A stretch of DNA of 62,562 nucleotides, the filler included, from Rhabdomonas costata (Eukaryota): assembly GCA_019059605.1 (NCBI GenBank). It is 29 parts of 29 records of this genome, joined end to end, with 100 filler letters (N's around TTAATTAATTAA, not from the genome) between each part and the next. Parts side by side here need not be neighbours in the genome. Positions count along the whole stretch, not along the records: positions 23,794 to 25,855 come from JAHMHO010005987.1; positions 25,956 to 28,017 come from JAHMHO010005988.1; positions 28,118 to 30,179 come from JAHMHO010005989.1; positions 30,280 to 32,338 come from JAHMHO010005990.1; positions 32,439 to 34,500 come from JAHMHO010005991.1; positions 34,601 to 36,648 come from JAHMHO010005992.1; positions 36,749 to 38,809 come from JAHMHO010005993.1; 22 more parts are not named here. The stretch is one strand, 5' to 3'. Made by a program: the position numbers and the translations under genes. Below the pieces are notes generated by a model that made no database searches, was not told where the DNA came from, and was given only the letters and a program-made list of their open reading frames with translations. Shown one piece after another: positions 23,701-38,106 of the stretch (the stretch's first letter is position 1; every line of letters starts with the position of its first letter).

Positions 23701-24439
23701 NNNNNNNNNNNNNNNNNNNNNNNNNNNNNNNNNNNNNTTAATTAATTAANNNNNNNNNNNNNNNNNNNNNNNNNNNNNNNNNNNNNNNNNNNNGGGTGGG
23801 GTGAGAAGCCGAGCCAGGGGTTCCCCTGCTACGGTACACATGACTTTTTTATCTGCCAAGAAGTCAGTTCTGGCAACAAACCCGGTCGGAGCAGTATGAT
23901 GCTCGTTCGGTGTCTTGGAATGGGTGGGTGCGCTGGTGGTTTGTCCCGACTCGCAGTTCTTCAGTTGTTTGTTTATATTGCCCGTGCCACTAAGGTTTAG
24001 GGTTGGTGGATATTCTCCGTTGAAAACCTTGCCAACCCGACTACTCATATGCATTCGAATGTCCCCGGTTGCAGGATACTTTTTTGTGAAGTACCGATCG
24101 CTGGGTGTGCGGGTGCAGCCTTTAGCCTCTCATATCATATTTGCCAAATACGGGTGAAAAGGAAAGGTTGTGGAAGTCAAGCTAGGATGGAGGATCCCAC
24201 TCAGAACAGGCAACCAACGCGGAATTCTGGATAATGTGGCCCAGCTCCCGAGGTACGTGAACCTTTTAGATTCCATTTTACGGAGCGCAGGATGCAAGTG
24301 GGCATCTTGGGGATTTCATGGTGGAGCTTTGCTGACAGTAGAGTGCATTCCGCATCCATCCACCCACCTACCCTCGCTCCCTACCTCCTGTGCTCTGTCC
24401 CGCCTATCCCGAGGCCATGCCCTTTCCTCTCAATATAAG

Positions 24440-25430
24440 GTTCCGCTGCGGTATCAACACGGCGCGCGTGATGGTGGGAAACTTCGGCTGTGACTACCGC
24501 ATCTCCTACACCGTGATGGGCATGCCTGGGTTTTCCCTCGGCTTGCTTGTCGTTGCCTGCAAGCTTTTCTGTACCGGGCTGAGGCAGAGTCTGTGTGGTG
24601 CGTCTGGCGACACATGTGTCAGGCGCGTGTGTGGCATACTCAAGCTTCCTTGAAGGAGAAGGATGGGTGAGGTTGAAGGTCCGTGATATCGTTTTACAGA
24701 ATGCTGCTCCCGGGAACTGCTCCAATCCACCCCTGAACGGTTGTCATTTCATTTCACGTCATGGTGAGCATTCACATCCGCGCGCGCGTGCAGGAGACGG
24801 CGTCAACCTAGCCAGTCGCCTGGAAGCTGCAAACAAGGCATCACTCCTCCGCCGCGTGCGCAGCCTCTATCGTTCTATGCCCGATTCTTTCAGTTCAGTT
24901 TTCATGTGTCGCTGTGGCGTATACTCCAGTGACGTTGCTAAGTGGTAAGCCAACTCGGAATCTATATGTCCATCATTCTCTCCACTCCATCCGCCCTTGC
25001 AGGCTGGCATGTAAGAAGTCTACCTCCAGTTATTCGGTTCAATGAGAGCACTGCGGTGTTTTGCTCTTTACTGACGAGGCGTGGCTTGGAGTGTGTCGCG
25101 CAACATTCGAATCACACAATTACTCGAAAAACTGGGTGAGTACAGTTAGTTATTATTCGCACTGGCGCGCTTCAGGCTTTTCGCACGGTGGTGCTGGTCT
25201 CCGAGAGCACCTTTCTGGGCGCCTGCTCTCCTACGGCCTATGTGGGCAGTGGAGAGGCCGTGGAATTCCGGAAGTTGGGTAAGTTGGCAGTGCCGGGCAA
25301 GGCCGAGGTAGTGATGGCATACGAGCCTCTGTTCTTTGTTACTCCACCAATGACCGAAAGGACGCCCTCTGACGAGGGTGGGTATTTCCGGGGGAGCATG
25401 CTTTCCCTTCGCCTCGGCTCCTCCAACAGG
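24440..25430 (+). CDS. Class III adenylate cyclase, C-terminal catalytic half; exons 24440-24519, 24794-24837, 25176 to about 25430
   Basis: FRCGINTARVMVGNFGCDYRISYTVMG|DGVNLASRLEAANK|AFRTVVLVSEST...LGKLAVPGKAEVVMAYE. Confidence 0.9.
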
Positions 25431-28117
25431 GTTCATACTTCTGCTCCAGGCATGGTTGGGGCTTTGCTTTTCGTTCCCATTTGTTGTTTTTGCTGGCCGC
25501 AAAATAGAAACCGCCCTTCACCTCACGGACCACTTAGCAGACGAAAGGGATCAAAGAGAGCAAAGCCAAAGTAAGAATATGTGAAACCCTCCCTTTCGCG
25601 GACGGGACTAGTGTCGCCACTGGGAGTGGGCATCGGGTCACCTTCTGGGCCGCGAGGGCTCTATCCCGACGTTGCAGCTGTCTTCCCTTCCCTTCCCTTC
25701 CCGTTCAGCTCCGGTGGCTGGGGGTCCGCCCTCCTACTGCACCCTGCGGCCCATCCTGTCTCCCCTCCCAGTCTGCTATGAACATTGTGGGCTGGATCTT
25801 TTTTCCTGATCACATCGCATCGTTCTAGCAAGCCTTAGGGGGATCCACACCACCCNNNNNNNNNNNNNNNNNNNNNNNNNNNNNNNNNNNNNNNNNNNNT
25901 TAATTAATTAANNNNNNNNNNNNNNNNNNNNNNNNNNNNNNNNNNNNNNNNNNNNATGACTCTAAGCCTTGATACTAATGTTCTATCACTAGGTAATAAC
26001 ATGAAGATATGGATATGTCAGTTCTCCAAGACTAGTCTCACAAACATGTTAGAACAAGGAGTCCACATCCAGGTTTCTTCCAAACAAAACATGATGGAAG
26101 TTCACGAACACTACGTACCGTTTCAATAATACTTGTAACACACACATGGAAATGGCACGTTATTCAGTTGTGGAAGGTGATTAGGAAAGTGCAGAGTTGT
26201 CAGGTTACCCACACACAAGTTCGGTCGAACCTCTATTTAGCAAAGCTCAGATTGGTACATTGTCATCACGTCATGAGAGCAAGCAATATTCTCCAGCTGA
26301 TATAAATTTGACGGAGCAGAATAATTTACACATTTTACAAACGAGACATCAGCACAAAGATGGTTCCTGTTCTTTCTAAAATGTTGCAAATTCAGTAGTT
26401 TTGCATGGGCATGATGTCTTGAAGAGTCGCAAGCGGCAGCTCAGCTGATTTCTAATTAATATGCAATTCAATTACTCAGAGTTTCAGAAATACAAAGAAA
26501 ACGAAGCCAACATATTGCATTGGCTAATCACAGTTGTGTGATATTGTGTATTGTGTGATGTGATATGTTATCGCATAGTCCTTGGAGAACTTCAGGAGTC
26601 CCAGAACCTCACTGTGTACAGAGGACTGAGAGAAGTAGTTGAACCAATAGATTTGTACAAAATACGCTATGTGTATAGTATTTTTCGTGGAGAATTAGTC
26701 ACCAGTTTTTACGATGACGTTTCCTGCAAGTTGTGCAATGTTTTTGGTCACAATAAGATAGAGAAATGCTTCTAAAACACTCTACACAGAGGTGTTATGA
26801 ATTTGGGCATGCAGAAGGCAGTTTTAGTGCAACAAAGAGCAGTGTAAGAGATTTCATTCAGGCGGGCATGTAAAAGTGGAGGTTATGTGCCGGAGCGAAC
26901 TCAGATTGTGTCAAGTGTGTTACAGCAAAGCCTGAGATCTACGTCTTCTTAAAATCAGGTATGTAAGCGTAGAAGGTTTGAGTATAAACTACCATTTTCC
27001 GTTGTATTTTACCTTTGTCAACATTGATAAAGCTACTTTGTTCCACAGTGCTTTCGCGTTTGTGCGGTAAACAGACGTTTGCTATATACAGCTAATGCTT
27101 GTGACGTCTTACTTGCCTTAAGCCATGTTTTGCTTCTATAAGAAGATTAGACAACCAACCAAACTGACCAAAGCGGAAGCCATTTGACGATATACACCAC
27201 ATTACAAAAGCTGATAAATGACTCAAAGAATGAGTGTGGATAAATTTAGATGAAGAAGCAAATAAAGTCAGGCGAATAGGGAAGTTGAGATGTACAGACT
27301 GTTAAAAGTTGTAGGTAGTCAGCTGCAGGAATGTCATCTTCAGCTACTTCAATGCAGGCTATTGCTGTCACCCATACATACACGGTAATGTCGATCGTGT
27401 ATACAAAAATGATCAGCTAGAAGAACCGATGTTCCAGTAGAAAAAGTCCCGTATACACAGATTCCAGCATTTGGGCAGAAACAAAACTGGATGTGATGGT
27501 ATACAGAAGTGGCGTAGGATAGTATACGGACGGAGGTGGTAGTGTTGATGATATAATGCAATTGGAGCTTGCACGGTAGAGGAAGTCGAGATGCAGCCGC
27601 CGAAGTAGCTTGTGTATTACGACAATTGTGTAGAAGAAGGAATAATAAGCAAATGGTAGTAAATTCTACAGTCATGCTGTGTACTTAAGCTTTTGTGGCT
27701 AGGAGGGTGGATGGGATGATTAGGAGCAATCTAAAGGGACTAAAGAGGCCTGCGTTCTGCGTTTTTAGACACATTTGTTGCCATTGCAAGCTCTGATCAT
27801 TGGAATAAACCCAAACAACATAGAGAAGCAGGACCTACATAAAGAAAGGTGAGAACGCGGGCTTGAAGCGGAAGCCCCAATGCAGCACCTACAGCAGCAC
27901 AGCAGCAGCGTGACTGGATATTGATTTTGATATAGCTGTATTAAAAATTTTATGTATAAGCGGTAAAAAATCCGTTGCATTGAGCGCATTTTGTTTGCAA
28001 TTCAGCAACCACAACAANNNNNNNNNNNNNNNNNNNNNNNNNNNNNNNNNNNNNNNNNNNNTTAATTAATTAANNNNNNNNNNNNNNNNNNNNNNNNNNN
28101 NNNNNNNNNNNNNNNNN

Positions 28118-29991
28118 GGTGGTGGTGCTTTTGGAGACGGCTGAGGAGAAGCCGGAATGCCGGAACTACGTAATTTCTCCGAAGGACCTGGGCTTCGCGA
28201 CAGACAGCACTCTGGCCATATCCGCGAACCCGTTCAAGATGTACTTCCCAGGAAGTCTGGAGCAGGTTGTGTATGGGTGTGCGTTTAACATATTTTCAAA
28301 GTGAGGCATATACACTTGAGTCCGAAGTAAACGCTTAGTGCACGTTTTTGAGTAGTGTTGTGATGTTTCAATGAGGGCAAAGCAAATTAGGATAGTTGCA
28401 CCTCAAAACTCAGTGCAACGTATGCACAGCATAAGGCAAAAATGACTCAGTACGGGGCGGAAAAATGGCTCGGGCTACAGTTCCGCCATGAGCGCCTGGG
28501 AAACTGCCCTGCCCAGGCCCAACCGTCTGCGCATTTTCTTGGGACCATAGCATCGCCGTTCCCCACGTGTCATCACGCAGACAGGAGAACTCCCAGGCCG
28601 GAATCAGTTCTTGGGGGTTACACCTTCATGCAGCCTGTCTTCCCCTCCACTTCTGCCTAGCTCTGCAAGCGGAAATACCAGCCACGGCAACATCTCCCAC
28701 GACCGGTTGATTTTCAGGACAATTCTCCATTAAGCTGGGATGCGACGGTACCGGCCTCAAAAGACCTCGTTTCTGACTCCCTTTCGGATGCAGAAGCGGG
28801 TGGACCGGATAATGCGCGTGGGAAGATCGTGGCTAAGAAAGTTGACCTGGGTCGACAAGTTGCTCGTTTTGCTCGTTTCCATTTTCGTTCATACCCGCAT
28901 AAAAACGACTTGTTTTGGTTTGCTACACGCTTAAGGCGCAAGGAAAAGTTTCGAAGTGTGGACCCACCTGGAATGCTACCACATCGCAGATGTGTGGACT
29001 TATCATCATCATTAAGCATTCGAAACCAAGAATTTCCGTGTTTTGAGTTTGCTGTGTAACGCAGTTGATACTTTTTCTTTGGCGATTTTGTCCAAAAGCA
29101 GTCACAGGGATGAAAATTTGACAGGATGTGGGGGCCTTTACCGACAGCCAGGGTGTGCGCCTGTTTCACAGCGAAATGCTTTATGACTTTGCCACCACTT
29201 TACTGCCTCCTCGAAGGCTTCAAATAAACAGTAGGAGTTTTATTTGCAATTGCAATGCTCTGTGGTATCAGGATTTAGCAAGGTGTACAATGGTGTGCAA
29301 CGTGGGCACACCGGAGCAGACGAAGAAAAGCGTAAAACAACAACAACAATGCTATACAGAGACAGAAGCTAGAAGCTGTATTTCATTACTCTCTGCTCCC
29401 CTACACCCCGGCCACCACTGGGACTTTTCAAAACCTTTGGGAGACGGAAAAAGAAATGTCCGTGGCTGAATCGTTCTATGTTGGGTCATTTGCAAACCAT
29501 TTAAGTGGCCGCCGCAAAGCCATATGCGGCGCGGTGGCTCAGTGGTGGGGAGAACGTAGCGCCATATCCGAGCAAGCCAGTTGTGCCTCGAGCGACGGTT
29601 GCAGCAGTTTAGCAGCACCTGTACTCATTCGGCGCACCCTCAGGAGTACCGGGACTGGGCCCACATGCACTACATCCCGTCGCGAGGCTGGCTCCTGCTG
29701 GCTGCCTTCCTGTCTGAGCTGGACATCTTCTGCTATGGCATGCTCTCCCACTCCACGGACTTGCTCCTGATGCACGCCGCAGTGGTGGCGCAGATTGTGA
29801 TTGCGATTCTGCTGTCCATCCCTCGGCTGTACCCGTACCGCAGGCACATTGTTCTGGGGATTGGGGTGCACAACGTGTTCTACGCAGGGATGATCGTGGA
29901 GCAGGTGGTGCACCGCTCTTCTGGGATGCACCAGAACACGTTCGCGGTGCTGCCTTTTTACTGCTCGTTTGCCTGCGTGGTGGCGGCCCAG
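28118..29991 (+). CDS. Multi-pass membrane protein fragment; exons about 28118-28265 and 29644-29991
   Basis: ...FKMYFPGSLEQ|EYRDWAHMHY followed by four hydrophobic segments; family not established. Confidence 0.5.
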
Positions 29992-32900
29992 GCATGTCTT
30001 TTTTAATTGCGTTTTGAATTTTTGAAGCTCTTGTCATATGTGCTGATGATTACCCAAATCCCCCAAGTGTCCTCAAGTGTCCTATCGAAATTGCCCGCCC
30101 CCGCACCGCTCTGATGACCCCAATGTTTCTGATCAACCACAGTCTCGCCCATATGCCCGTCAGCAAGCCACAATCAGACNNNNNNNNNNNNNNNNNNNNN
30201 NNNNNNNNNNNNNNNNNNNNNNNTTAATTAATTAANNNNNNNNNNNNNNNNNNNNNNNNNNNNNNNNNNNNNNNNNNNNTTTTTTAACTTAAATCGGCAT
30301 TTAGGGGGCAGTACAATAGTAATACAACCTCACTCCATTTTCCAAAAAAAAAAAAAAGCTGGCTTCCGCCCCTAAAATTTTGTTCCAATTGACCCACCGT
30401 TAAACGGTGGGTGGTATGAATTCGATCGGCGCTTCATCCCCTGCCATTGTTTAGTCTTTGTGTTGGTGTGTATGTATGGCGTAGGCGTTGCCAGTAGGAT
30501 GAGCACTCGAATGGGTATGGGATGTGGGAGGGGTGATTGAATCTAGTTCACAGTTGCGGCCCCCGAGAATTTTATGCCTTCCTTGAGTCTGTGTTTAGGG
30601 CATATCTGCTTCGGATCGTGACGAGACGTGTGTGAGAAACTGATGTCTGTGTTCTTCATTCCTCGCTTTGCTCGTCGTGCGTGCACCTATTACTTGTCTT
30701 GAGTGGTTATGTGGTCAGTTCTGCCTTTCACCCCGCCCTCTCACTAGTTTACCTATTCACAGGCTGGAGATAGGGGTGCGGGTGTATCGCACCAACGACC
30801 GCAGCGCGGACCGGGTGTATCTGCTGGACTTGTACCTTGTCAGTCCCGACATTTTGCGGGGAATGGATGCAGTGCACGGGCTCTTCCTTAGCTTGATGGA
30901 GGCAGGCCTGTAGCAAAATTTCTGCCTTTCTGCGCTGTGACCATCGGTGTGGGTGGGCCATTTTAGCTGTCTCACTCCCCAACGCTCCCCTCCCTATGGA
31001 GGAGCTCGTATGTTTCGGCGAATAGAACCAGAAGCTTCATCTTATTAGAGAAAACTTTCGCTGCCCGTTACACAGCTTCTTGGTGTTGTACAGCGATGTA
31101 CAAGCATACCCCACCTGATCTCTCTCGCTTTTGGCATCCACCGCTGAGTGTGTCCTGCACCTCATCGTCTTGTGTTTTCACATGTGCCGACGGTGTGGTC
31201 CTGCCGCTGCCGAGGACACACTCCGTGTGTTTCGCCGTGTTCCTTGCACGAAAGAGTGCCCGTGAAGCTCACACGCTTACTTTGGATGGATGGATGGATG
31301 GGTGGGTGGTATTTCTGGTGGTGATGGTGGATCTTTGGGCTTCGTAACGGGGAAGAACCCATCGAAAGTCGGAATGTGTTCAACTCCAACGCGTGCCAAA
31401 GGACACCACACACGAGCCGTTGAGTAGAGCGAGCAGAAGTTGACTCTGAGCAGGTTTTTAATGCAACGAAGTTCCCGTTTGTGTTGATATTCATCGTGAA
31501 GAGCGCGTTGCTGGGTGGTCTTTTTGCTCCATTATCCCACACGGGGATAGGGTCATCCCGATTCCGGCGAAGACCATCGGACCACAATCACCCGTGAATC
31601 GCTCCACCGCGCTATGACTTGTGCCATAACTATACCCCATGGCCGCACGCGTTCAGCTGGCTCACTGGATCTAATCCCTGGGTATTTATGGCGCATGGCT
31701 AGCACGGCTCCTTGGCCGCCCAGCGGAAGAAGGCACCTGGTGCGACAACTGCCAAACCCAGAGCGCTTCCGCAGGAAAGCACGTGATCGGAAGCTTCCGC
31801 ACACAGTGTGCTCAAGAGACAATGCGTGCCATTCACAAAGGCCCACGATCCTTTGGGAAAGGTCCGCCGGCAAAAGGATAAGCGGTATTGGCGGGACGCC
31901 GAATGGAGTTACTCCGTTTGGGCCGCGAACGGGAATATCATCACCCAGTGGACCCAAGTGATGAGCAGTCGTTTATGCCAGGATGGCCCATTTGGGTAGG
32001 ACGCTCCTTAACGCACCCGCTTCGCACCGAGTTCTTGGGTTTCCATCCATCCACCCACGCCGTTGCCACGAGGGTTTCCCGCGTCCAAAAATTAGTTGTT
32101 CTACAATTGTACGGTGTGGACACCTGAAACGCGCGGAACTCGACAAGCTGGATATTCTGGCCATTTAATAACGACGAAAGACACGTTCACGGAGGTCTGG
32201 GCTCTGATGCCCGCCGCCTTCATCATCCCCTACGCCGGGACTATCACTTGGTACGTCCCTGACACAGGCGGCCGCGACAATAAGCAGAATGAGAACCACT
32301 GGATTACCGCCGCGACATTGGTATATTACCACAAAACCNNNNNNNNNNNNNNNNNNNNNNNNNNNNNNNNNNNNNNNNNNNNTTAATTAATTAANNNNNN
32401 NNNNNNNNNNNNNNNNNNNNNNNNNNNNNNNNNNNNNNAAAACGTGGTTTTTGGCTTGAATTGGCCGAAAATGATGAAAAAATGAAGCAGCGCTCAAGTA
32501 CTACGTGCATAAGTGGGTGGGGATGCCAGAAAAATTACTTAGGGATAAACTTGTATAAGGGTGGGCAATGGGAGACTTGGCTGTGACGGAGCTAAGAGAA
32601 AGCGAATTATTAGCCATTTTTTACTGTGTGATGGTGCTTTGTCAAATGCATCTAAAGTTGCAGAAAAAACATCCCCAGGAAATTGCCCGTTGGGCGTTTA
32701 GGATGCCGTCCTCCTCATGGAACGTCTTAACCCATCCTCCCATTCCGGCAGCGGACACCTTGCCCCATATCTCTGCCAAAATCCAGCAGCGGTAGCTCCA
32801 GAAAAATGCGCAAAAGCCAAAAAGGTTTAGCAGTGCTAAACTTTTCATTACCCCCATCACAAAAAATACAATGATCACTACATCAATGACGGAATACCCT

Positions 32901-34196
32901 CTGCTCCCGCAGGACAAGCTTCTTCAGGGGCTTGTGGCTGTATGCCTTCCATATCCTCAAGTTCTGGTCATCACTGCCACTGAGTGTGAGAACAGGAAAG
33001 GTAAAACGTAAAAAGGCCTCAGCTTGCCAGTGCCCCTAGAGGGATGTTGTCCTGTTGGTTCGTCCAGCCAAAGTCCATTCCTCAGCCAGCAGTCGTGTTT
33101 TTCTGCTGCAAAGCAAAAGCGCCCATCTCGGGAACACTGGCAAAGGTTACCTGATGCACTGCACTAATATAAACATGTCGAGGGGCTGGTATGTTTAACC
33201 TGAATCATCTTTTCAAGGAAATTTAGCAAACGCTTAGAGTTTTCTGGTAACCGCCACAGACACACCTCAAATTGGGCCTATGTGCGGACATTCTTCTTAA
33301 CCCCTTTCGTCCTGCAAATCGTCATACTGCAGAAATTCATGAAACCTAAGTGCACACTCTTGAACGAGCGAAGCAAGCATTCCTGCCAAAGAACAAAAGT
33401 ATACTAAGCTCTTTTTAATCGAGCAGACAAAAACACAAATATCCTTAACTTTCTTCACATGTAGAGAGCCACACAGCTCGCACTGTAATGATGGTTCACT
33501 TTTCCCCTGGGTGGATCACCCCGTGCTTTCCTCGTCGAGTTGTCTTGTCCGAGGTTTTTGGGGGCCGCGCCGTGCCTCCATTGTCTGTTTTTCTGGAACT
33601 TTTCTGGATATTCAGACTCCTTGCCCTGGAAGCTTTCGGACTGCTGTTTTTCTCGAGGGCCTGCGCAGCAGCGCGTCCGCAGATGCCCGGGAACACTATC
33701 TGTTTAAAAAAAACGTCCTTCAGACTTCCACCAGCTTAAGCCGCTCTTGCTTGGTTCGCATATGTGAGGATGACCGACCCTTCCGTTCACCGTTGTTCAC
33801 CTACATTCTCAATACACTTCATGTGTTGAGAGCCACGAGCTTATTCATCCATCCATCCTTCCATTGCCAAAACGCACCACTCGTCATGGCAGTTCTAGAC
33901 ACATACCATTCTTTTGCGGTTCAGCAAGCACAGCACAATATGCAACTAAGCTTTTGACTAATCGCCTCAGGTTCAGCCTGCCCCCCTCATTTAGAGTTCG
34001 GCACTTTGGTTGTAGGAAGACCGTAATGTAGCAATATTACATTCCTTGTATTGCAGCTACTCTAATTTGGTGGGGGATGGTAAGGTGTGAAAAACAACCA
34101 GAGCGGTTGAATCCCAATTTAAACAAGCTTGGGAAGTGGTACACGGCACGGCAAGAAAGGAAAGCGGGTAGTGAGTTCAAAAGTGGAGTGGGACAC

Positions 34197-34316
34197 CTGA
34201 GGATGAAGTTGTTGTCGTTGGTCCATGCTACACTCCATACCCGCTGCATCCGCTTGGCGTAGTACGTGTCTCGGGACCACGTCTGGTCGCTCTTTGTGTC
34301 CCATAGCCGGAGCGTC
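34197..34316 (-). CDS. DCAF13: DCAF13/Sof1 (WD40 SSU processome protein) exon
   Basis: TLRLWD...SRDTYYAKRMQRVWSVAWTNDNNFILS matches the Sof1 SRdxYHTKRMQRV signature; AG/GT borders. Confidence 0.8.
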
Positions 34317-37300
34317 CTTCGCAGAGTATGCAGCCACACAGAAGACAACGCAGTGCCAGCCGGACACATTTTCATCCACCCATTCATTCAAATTCATTTC
34401 ATGTGTTACAATAGAAGCTGCTGCAAACGTCAATACAATGATTACAACAAGAAAATTGTGTCGTTAGGTGCTAGTGCATTTATGCCCCCCCACCCCACAA
34501 NNNNNNNNNNNNNNNNNNNNNNNNNNNNNNNNNNNNNNNNNNNNTTAATTAATTAANNNNNNNNNNNNNNNNNNNNNNNNNNNNNNNNNNNNNNNNNNNN
34601 CAGCGCCAACAGGGACGGAAAGACGTACGCCAGGGGGTGGTTCGCCGCCAAGTGCAGCAGAGACGAGCATAGCTTGTTGTGCTGAGAGAGCGAGCGAGCG
34701 AGGGAGCGAGCGAGTAAGAGAGAGAGACACCGTGCACAGTGCCCAATGAAACGAAAAAAAAAAGGGGGGGGGGCAGGCCCACTATGGCAGGAGGCAGACA
34801 GCGCAACAATGGCACCAAACCCCTCTAACGGTAACTCAGGGACTGGTGAACCCCATGGACAGGGACTCAGCAAAGAAAAGAGCGTACAATAGACGTACCA
34901 TTTCAGCCTGCACAAACACTAATAATTGCATTTCAGGAACCCCAAATTTAAAGAGAGAGAGAGAGAGAGCGCGAGAAGGTGCGCGGGGAGAAGGGCCAAA
35001 GGGAGCAAGGGCAGGGCAAATGAATAAGATGTACCTTATATCCCGTAAAAAATCGAATTTTTTTACTGAAAAAAGAAAACCAAATCGATTCTTTTTTCGA
35101 GTTTTTCTGAAGCAATGAATGCTTTCGGAGATTCTTTAATCTTTCGGAGGTTCAGGCGAAGCGGGAGTAATTTTCCCCTTGCCCTGCTCAGCCCCCCTGA
35201 GGTTTATATCCCGTAAACATAGCGAGGTAGAAAGACAGAGGTCCACAGAGGGGCTTCAAATGACACTGGGGCTCTCCAAGCACACCCTGCACCCAGGGCA
35301 CGGACCTGGTACCCCAGAGGCCGTCGGGCGGAGTCCAGCAGGTTGTCCGTGCTGCTTGAGCCGCTCTCCGCGCCGGAAGTGGCGGTCAGGGCGAGCAGCT
35401 CCAGGGCGGTGTGCTCAGAGGGCCCCCGAGGGCCCTCGGGCACAAGGGTCGGCCCGAAGGTGTTCCGAGGGGTGGGGTACTGCGTGCGTGTTTGTGCAGG
35501 CTGTGCGTTTTGAGCTGAAGATGCACTGGTTGTGCAGGTCGCGGCACCACTCTTTGTGTGTCTCACAGCCTCGCAGCCTCGCAGTCTTACAGCGGGGTAA
35601 AACGGGGGTGCTCTTCGCCGTGCACTGAAGACGTGATACTCGTGTGCGTCTGCTCATCAGAGAACGTGCGACACAACAAGTACGCAACAAGATGTGCGTT
35701 GGGTGCCTGTTGGGTGAGAATGAAAAACGAATGATAATGTTTGCTGAGAGAAAACATAGAAGACACACAACGAAGATTCTGGCCAATTCCCTGCGCCGGT
35801 CTGTGATGCTCAATTTTTCAGTGCGTTTGAGAGAAGCCCGATCGTCATGCGGCCGTAAATGAGCTACTTCCAGAGAGGGTTTGGGTTACCCTCAGCGGGA
35901 TGGATACCAATATACACGCGAACATGTTCACCAAAGAGGTGTGAGCTTGAAGAGAGAGAGTGAGGTGGCGCAGGGTCCGTCGCACCATCATGGGGCGGTG
36001 GTGCCAGATCTTGCTGCGGGCGCGGTAGCTGACACTGAAGCTGATGCTCCACAACCCCAGGACTTTGCCCATCACGCTGCGGCTCAGGGAGGACAGCGAG
36101 GCGGACGAGGCGGACGAGCTCGAGCTCTCTTGCTCCACTGCAAGAATGGAACGATAAAACCGTTCAGAATCACCTTCTCCCCTTCCACAGCCCACCCACG
36201 GCTATGGCCCCTTAATCTACTCTGAGAAAGAAGGTCCACGGGCGCTGAGAACGGACAAAGTGAGGAATTAGGCATCATTCAGGCCACCCCAACACCCCAA
36301 CCAGCCCCCCCGTGCGGACACACCCAATCGGGAGATGCCTTGCCCCATTTGGGTGTGGCTCAGCAAGGCGTCCAGCACGGTTTGCCCCTTGGAAACCTGA
36401 AATCCCCCAATGGTTTGATATATACGGGCTTTCTGCCTCTCCCACACAAACACGTTCTTCCGTTGTGCAAAGAAAAAGACAAACCGATGCAAGTTTCAAG
36501 CTTTATAATGATAATTCGAGGCTAACACCAAAAAAATTTTCACAAACCCAAAAAACACGTACATCCAGGCAATGCCGTGCTCTCTCAAGCACCAACCCGC
36601 CACCCGTTGAGGTATCCTAGCGAAGAATATCCAAACCCAACAACGAAANNNNNNNNNNNNNNNNNNNNNNNNNNNNNNNNNNNNNNNNNNNNTTAATTAA
36701 TTAANNNNNNNNNNNNNNNNNNNNNNNNNNNNNNNNNNNNNNNNNNNNGTGGGTGTGGGAGGCTCGCTTTCGCGTTATTTGTTGGCGATGTCCGGGGGTA
36801 TTTTTTTTGCATGTTAAGGCATTGGTGAAGGCATATGTCCTGTGAAGCACTTTCGACTCATGGGGCTTTCAGTTTTCAGTTTACGAAGTGGGCCCTGTTT
36901 GCCCGTTCGGTAAAGTCCGCCATTCTGCCCATGGAGTGGTTACCTGCCAATGCTTGGACCTGGCTCATCCAAGCCTCTGAGACCGCCGGAATCGTCAGGT
37001 GGACATATATCATGCCCCGCGTTTGCATCCACGGAGGTCCGCCACCACGCCTCGCTCGATAGACTCCTTGAGTGGGTCCCTCCTTCGCCGGGAAGCCGGG
37101 GTTGGGAGCTTCTTGCTTGCCATACTGTCCGTTTTTGCCGACGAGCGGCGCCGCCGCCGGCCACGAACCGGCTTGCATTGCTCCAGTGGGTGACTTGCGG
37201 GCTCTGCGGTGTGGCGCTGGACGAAGTGACACGCGTCCAGCGCCAGTCCCAGTGGCGGGATACCCTCCACCATCCCGTAGGCAGCGCGGGGGATCGTCTA

Positions 37301-38106
37301 TCTCCGCCACCTGGGGCTCCGTACCTGTAATGACCCTGGCGGGGACACAATGCGACCAGGTCCAGGCCTTCTGGTTGCAGGGTATGTGGAACCCCATGGC
37401 CAACACAGCGGAGCGATGGACGAGATTCCTGGTATCCCCATTCGTACCAAACATCCCCCACCTCGATTTGGCCCCACGAGGTGTGGACCTCGTTGGACGG
37501 CGTAAAACGTGTGGTGGGCAACCATGTGCTCCACTCAGCCCCGGCCTCCGTGGGTCCTTTCTCGCCATGGAAGGCCTTCCGCCTCGTGCGCTGCGTGAAG
37601 GTCGAGGGCTCGTGGCCGTCGATGCTGCGCCGTGATCACAAAGGCATCCGAAGGTACCCGGCCGCAGGAACGCCTCAGGACCAAAGGCACCTTCCTGTGC
37701 TGGGAGCCCACATTACACGAACACTACATGGCCACTACTCGGGGCAGGCGGGAACTCCTGTGGCTCATTTCATTTGATGTGGAGTGCTTTCCTGCTCTCC
37801 CCGATGGTGGGTCACCATCAAGCGGGCACTCGCCATCCCTCATTGGCTGCTTTCGTAGCTACTACGCGGCTCTCTACCAGCGCTATTTTTTGGCTTGCGG
37901 AATGGGGCCGAGTGGTCCTGGGACAGGGTTACCATTTGTTGAGCCCGGTTTCAAGCCCATTTTTGAGCTCTTCTGCCTGATGGGGCAGGGGACCGGCACT
38001 TTCTCAATTTCCCTTTTTGGCCTGTCTTGAATGGTCAGAAAGACCTTCCCTCACCTCCCGTCACGGTGACCGCTCTTTCTTGTCGAGGGGTCCGGTTTAG
38101 GGGGGT

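Noticed and set aside
31350-32338. Trp/Pro/His-rich broken frames suggestive of a decayed retroelement
   Set aside because: No reverse transcriptase, endonuclease or integrase motif could be identified.
33515-33660. Possible downstream Sof1-domain exon (PREKQ...) on the minus strand
   Set aside because: Similarity is limited to a few residues and the linking exon was not found.
36749-38030. Overlapping long ORFs on both strands, possibly a decayed non-LTR element
   Set aside because: GC-rich sequence gives long frames by chance, and I found no diagnostic motif.
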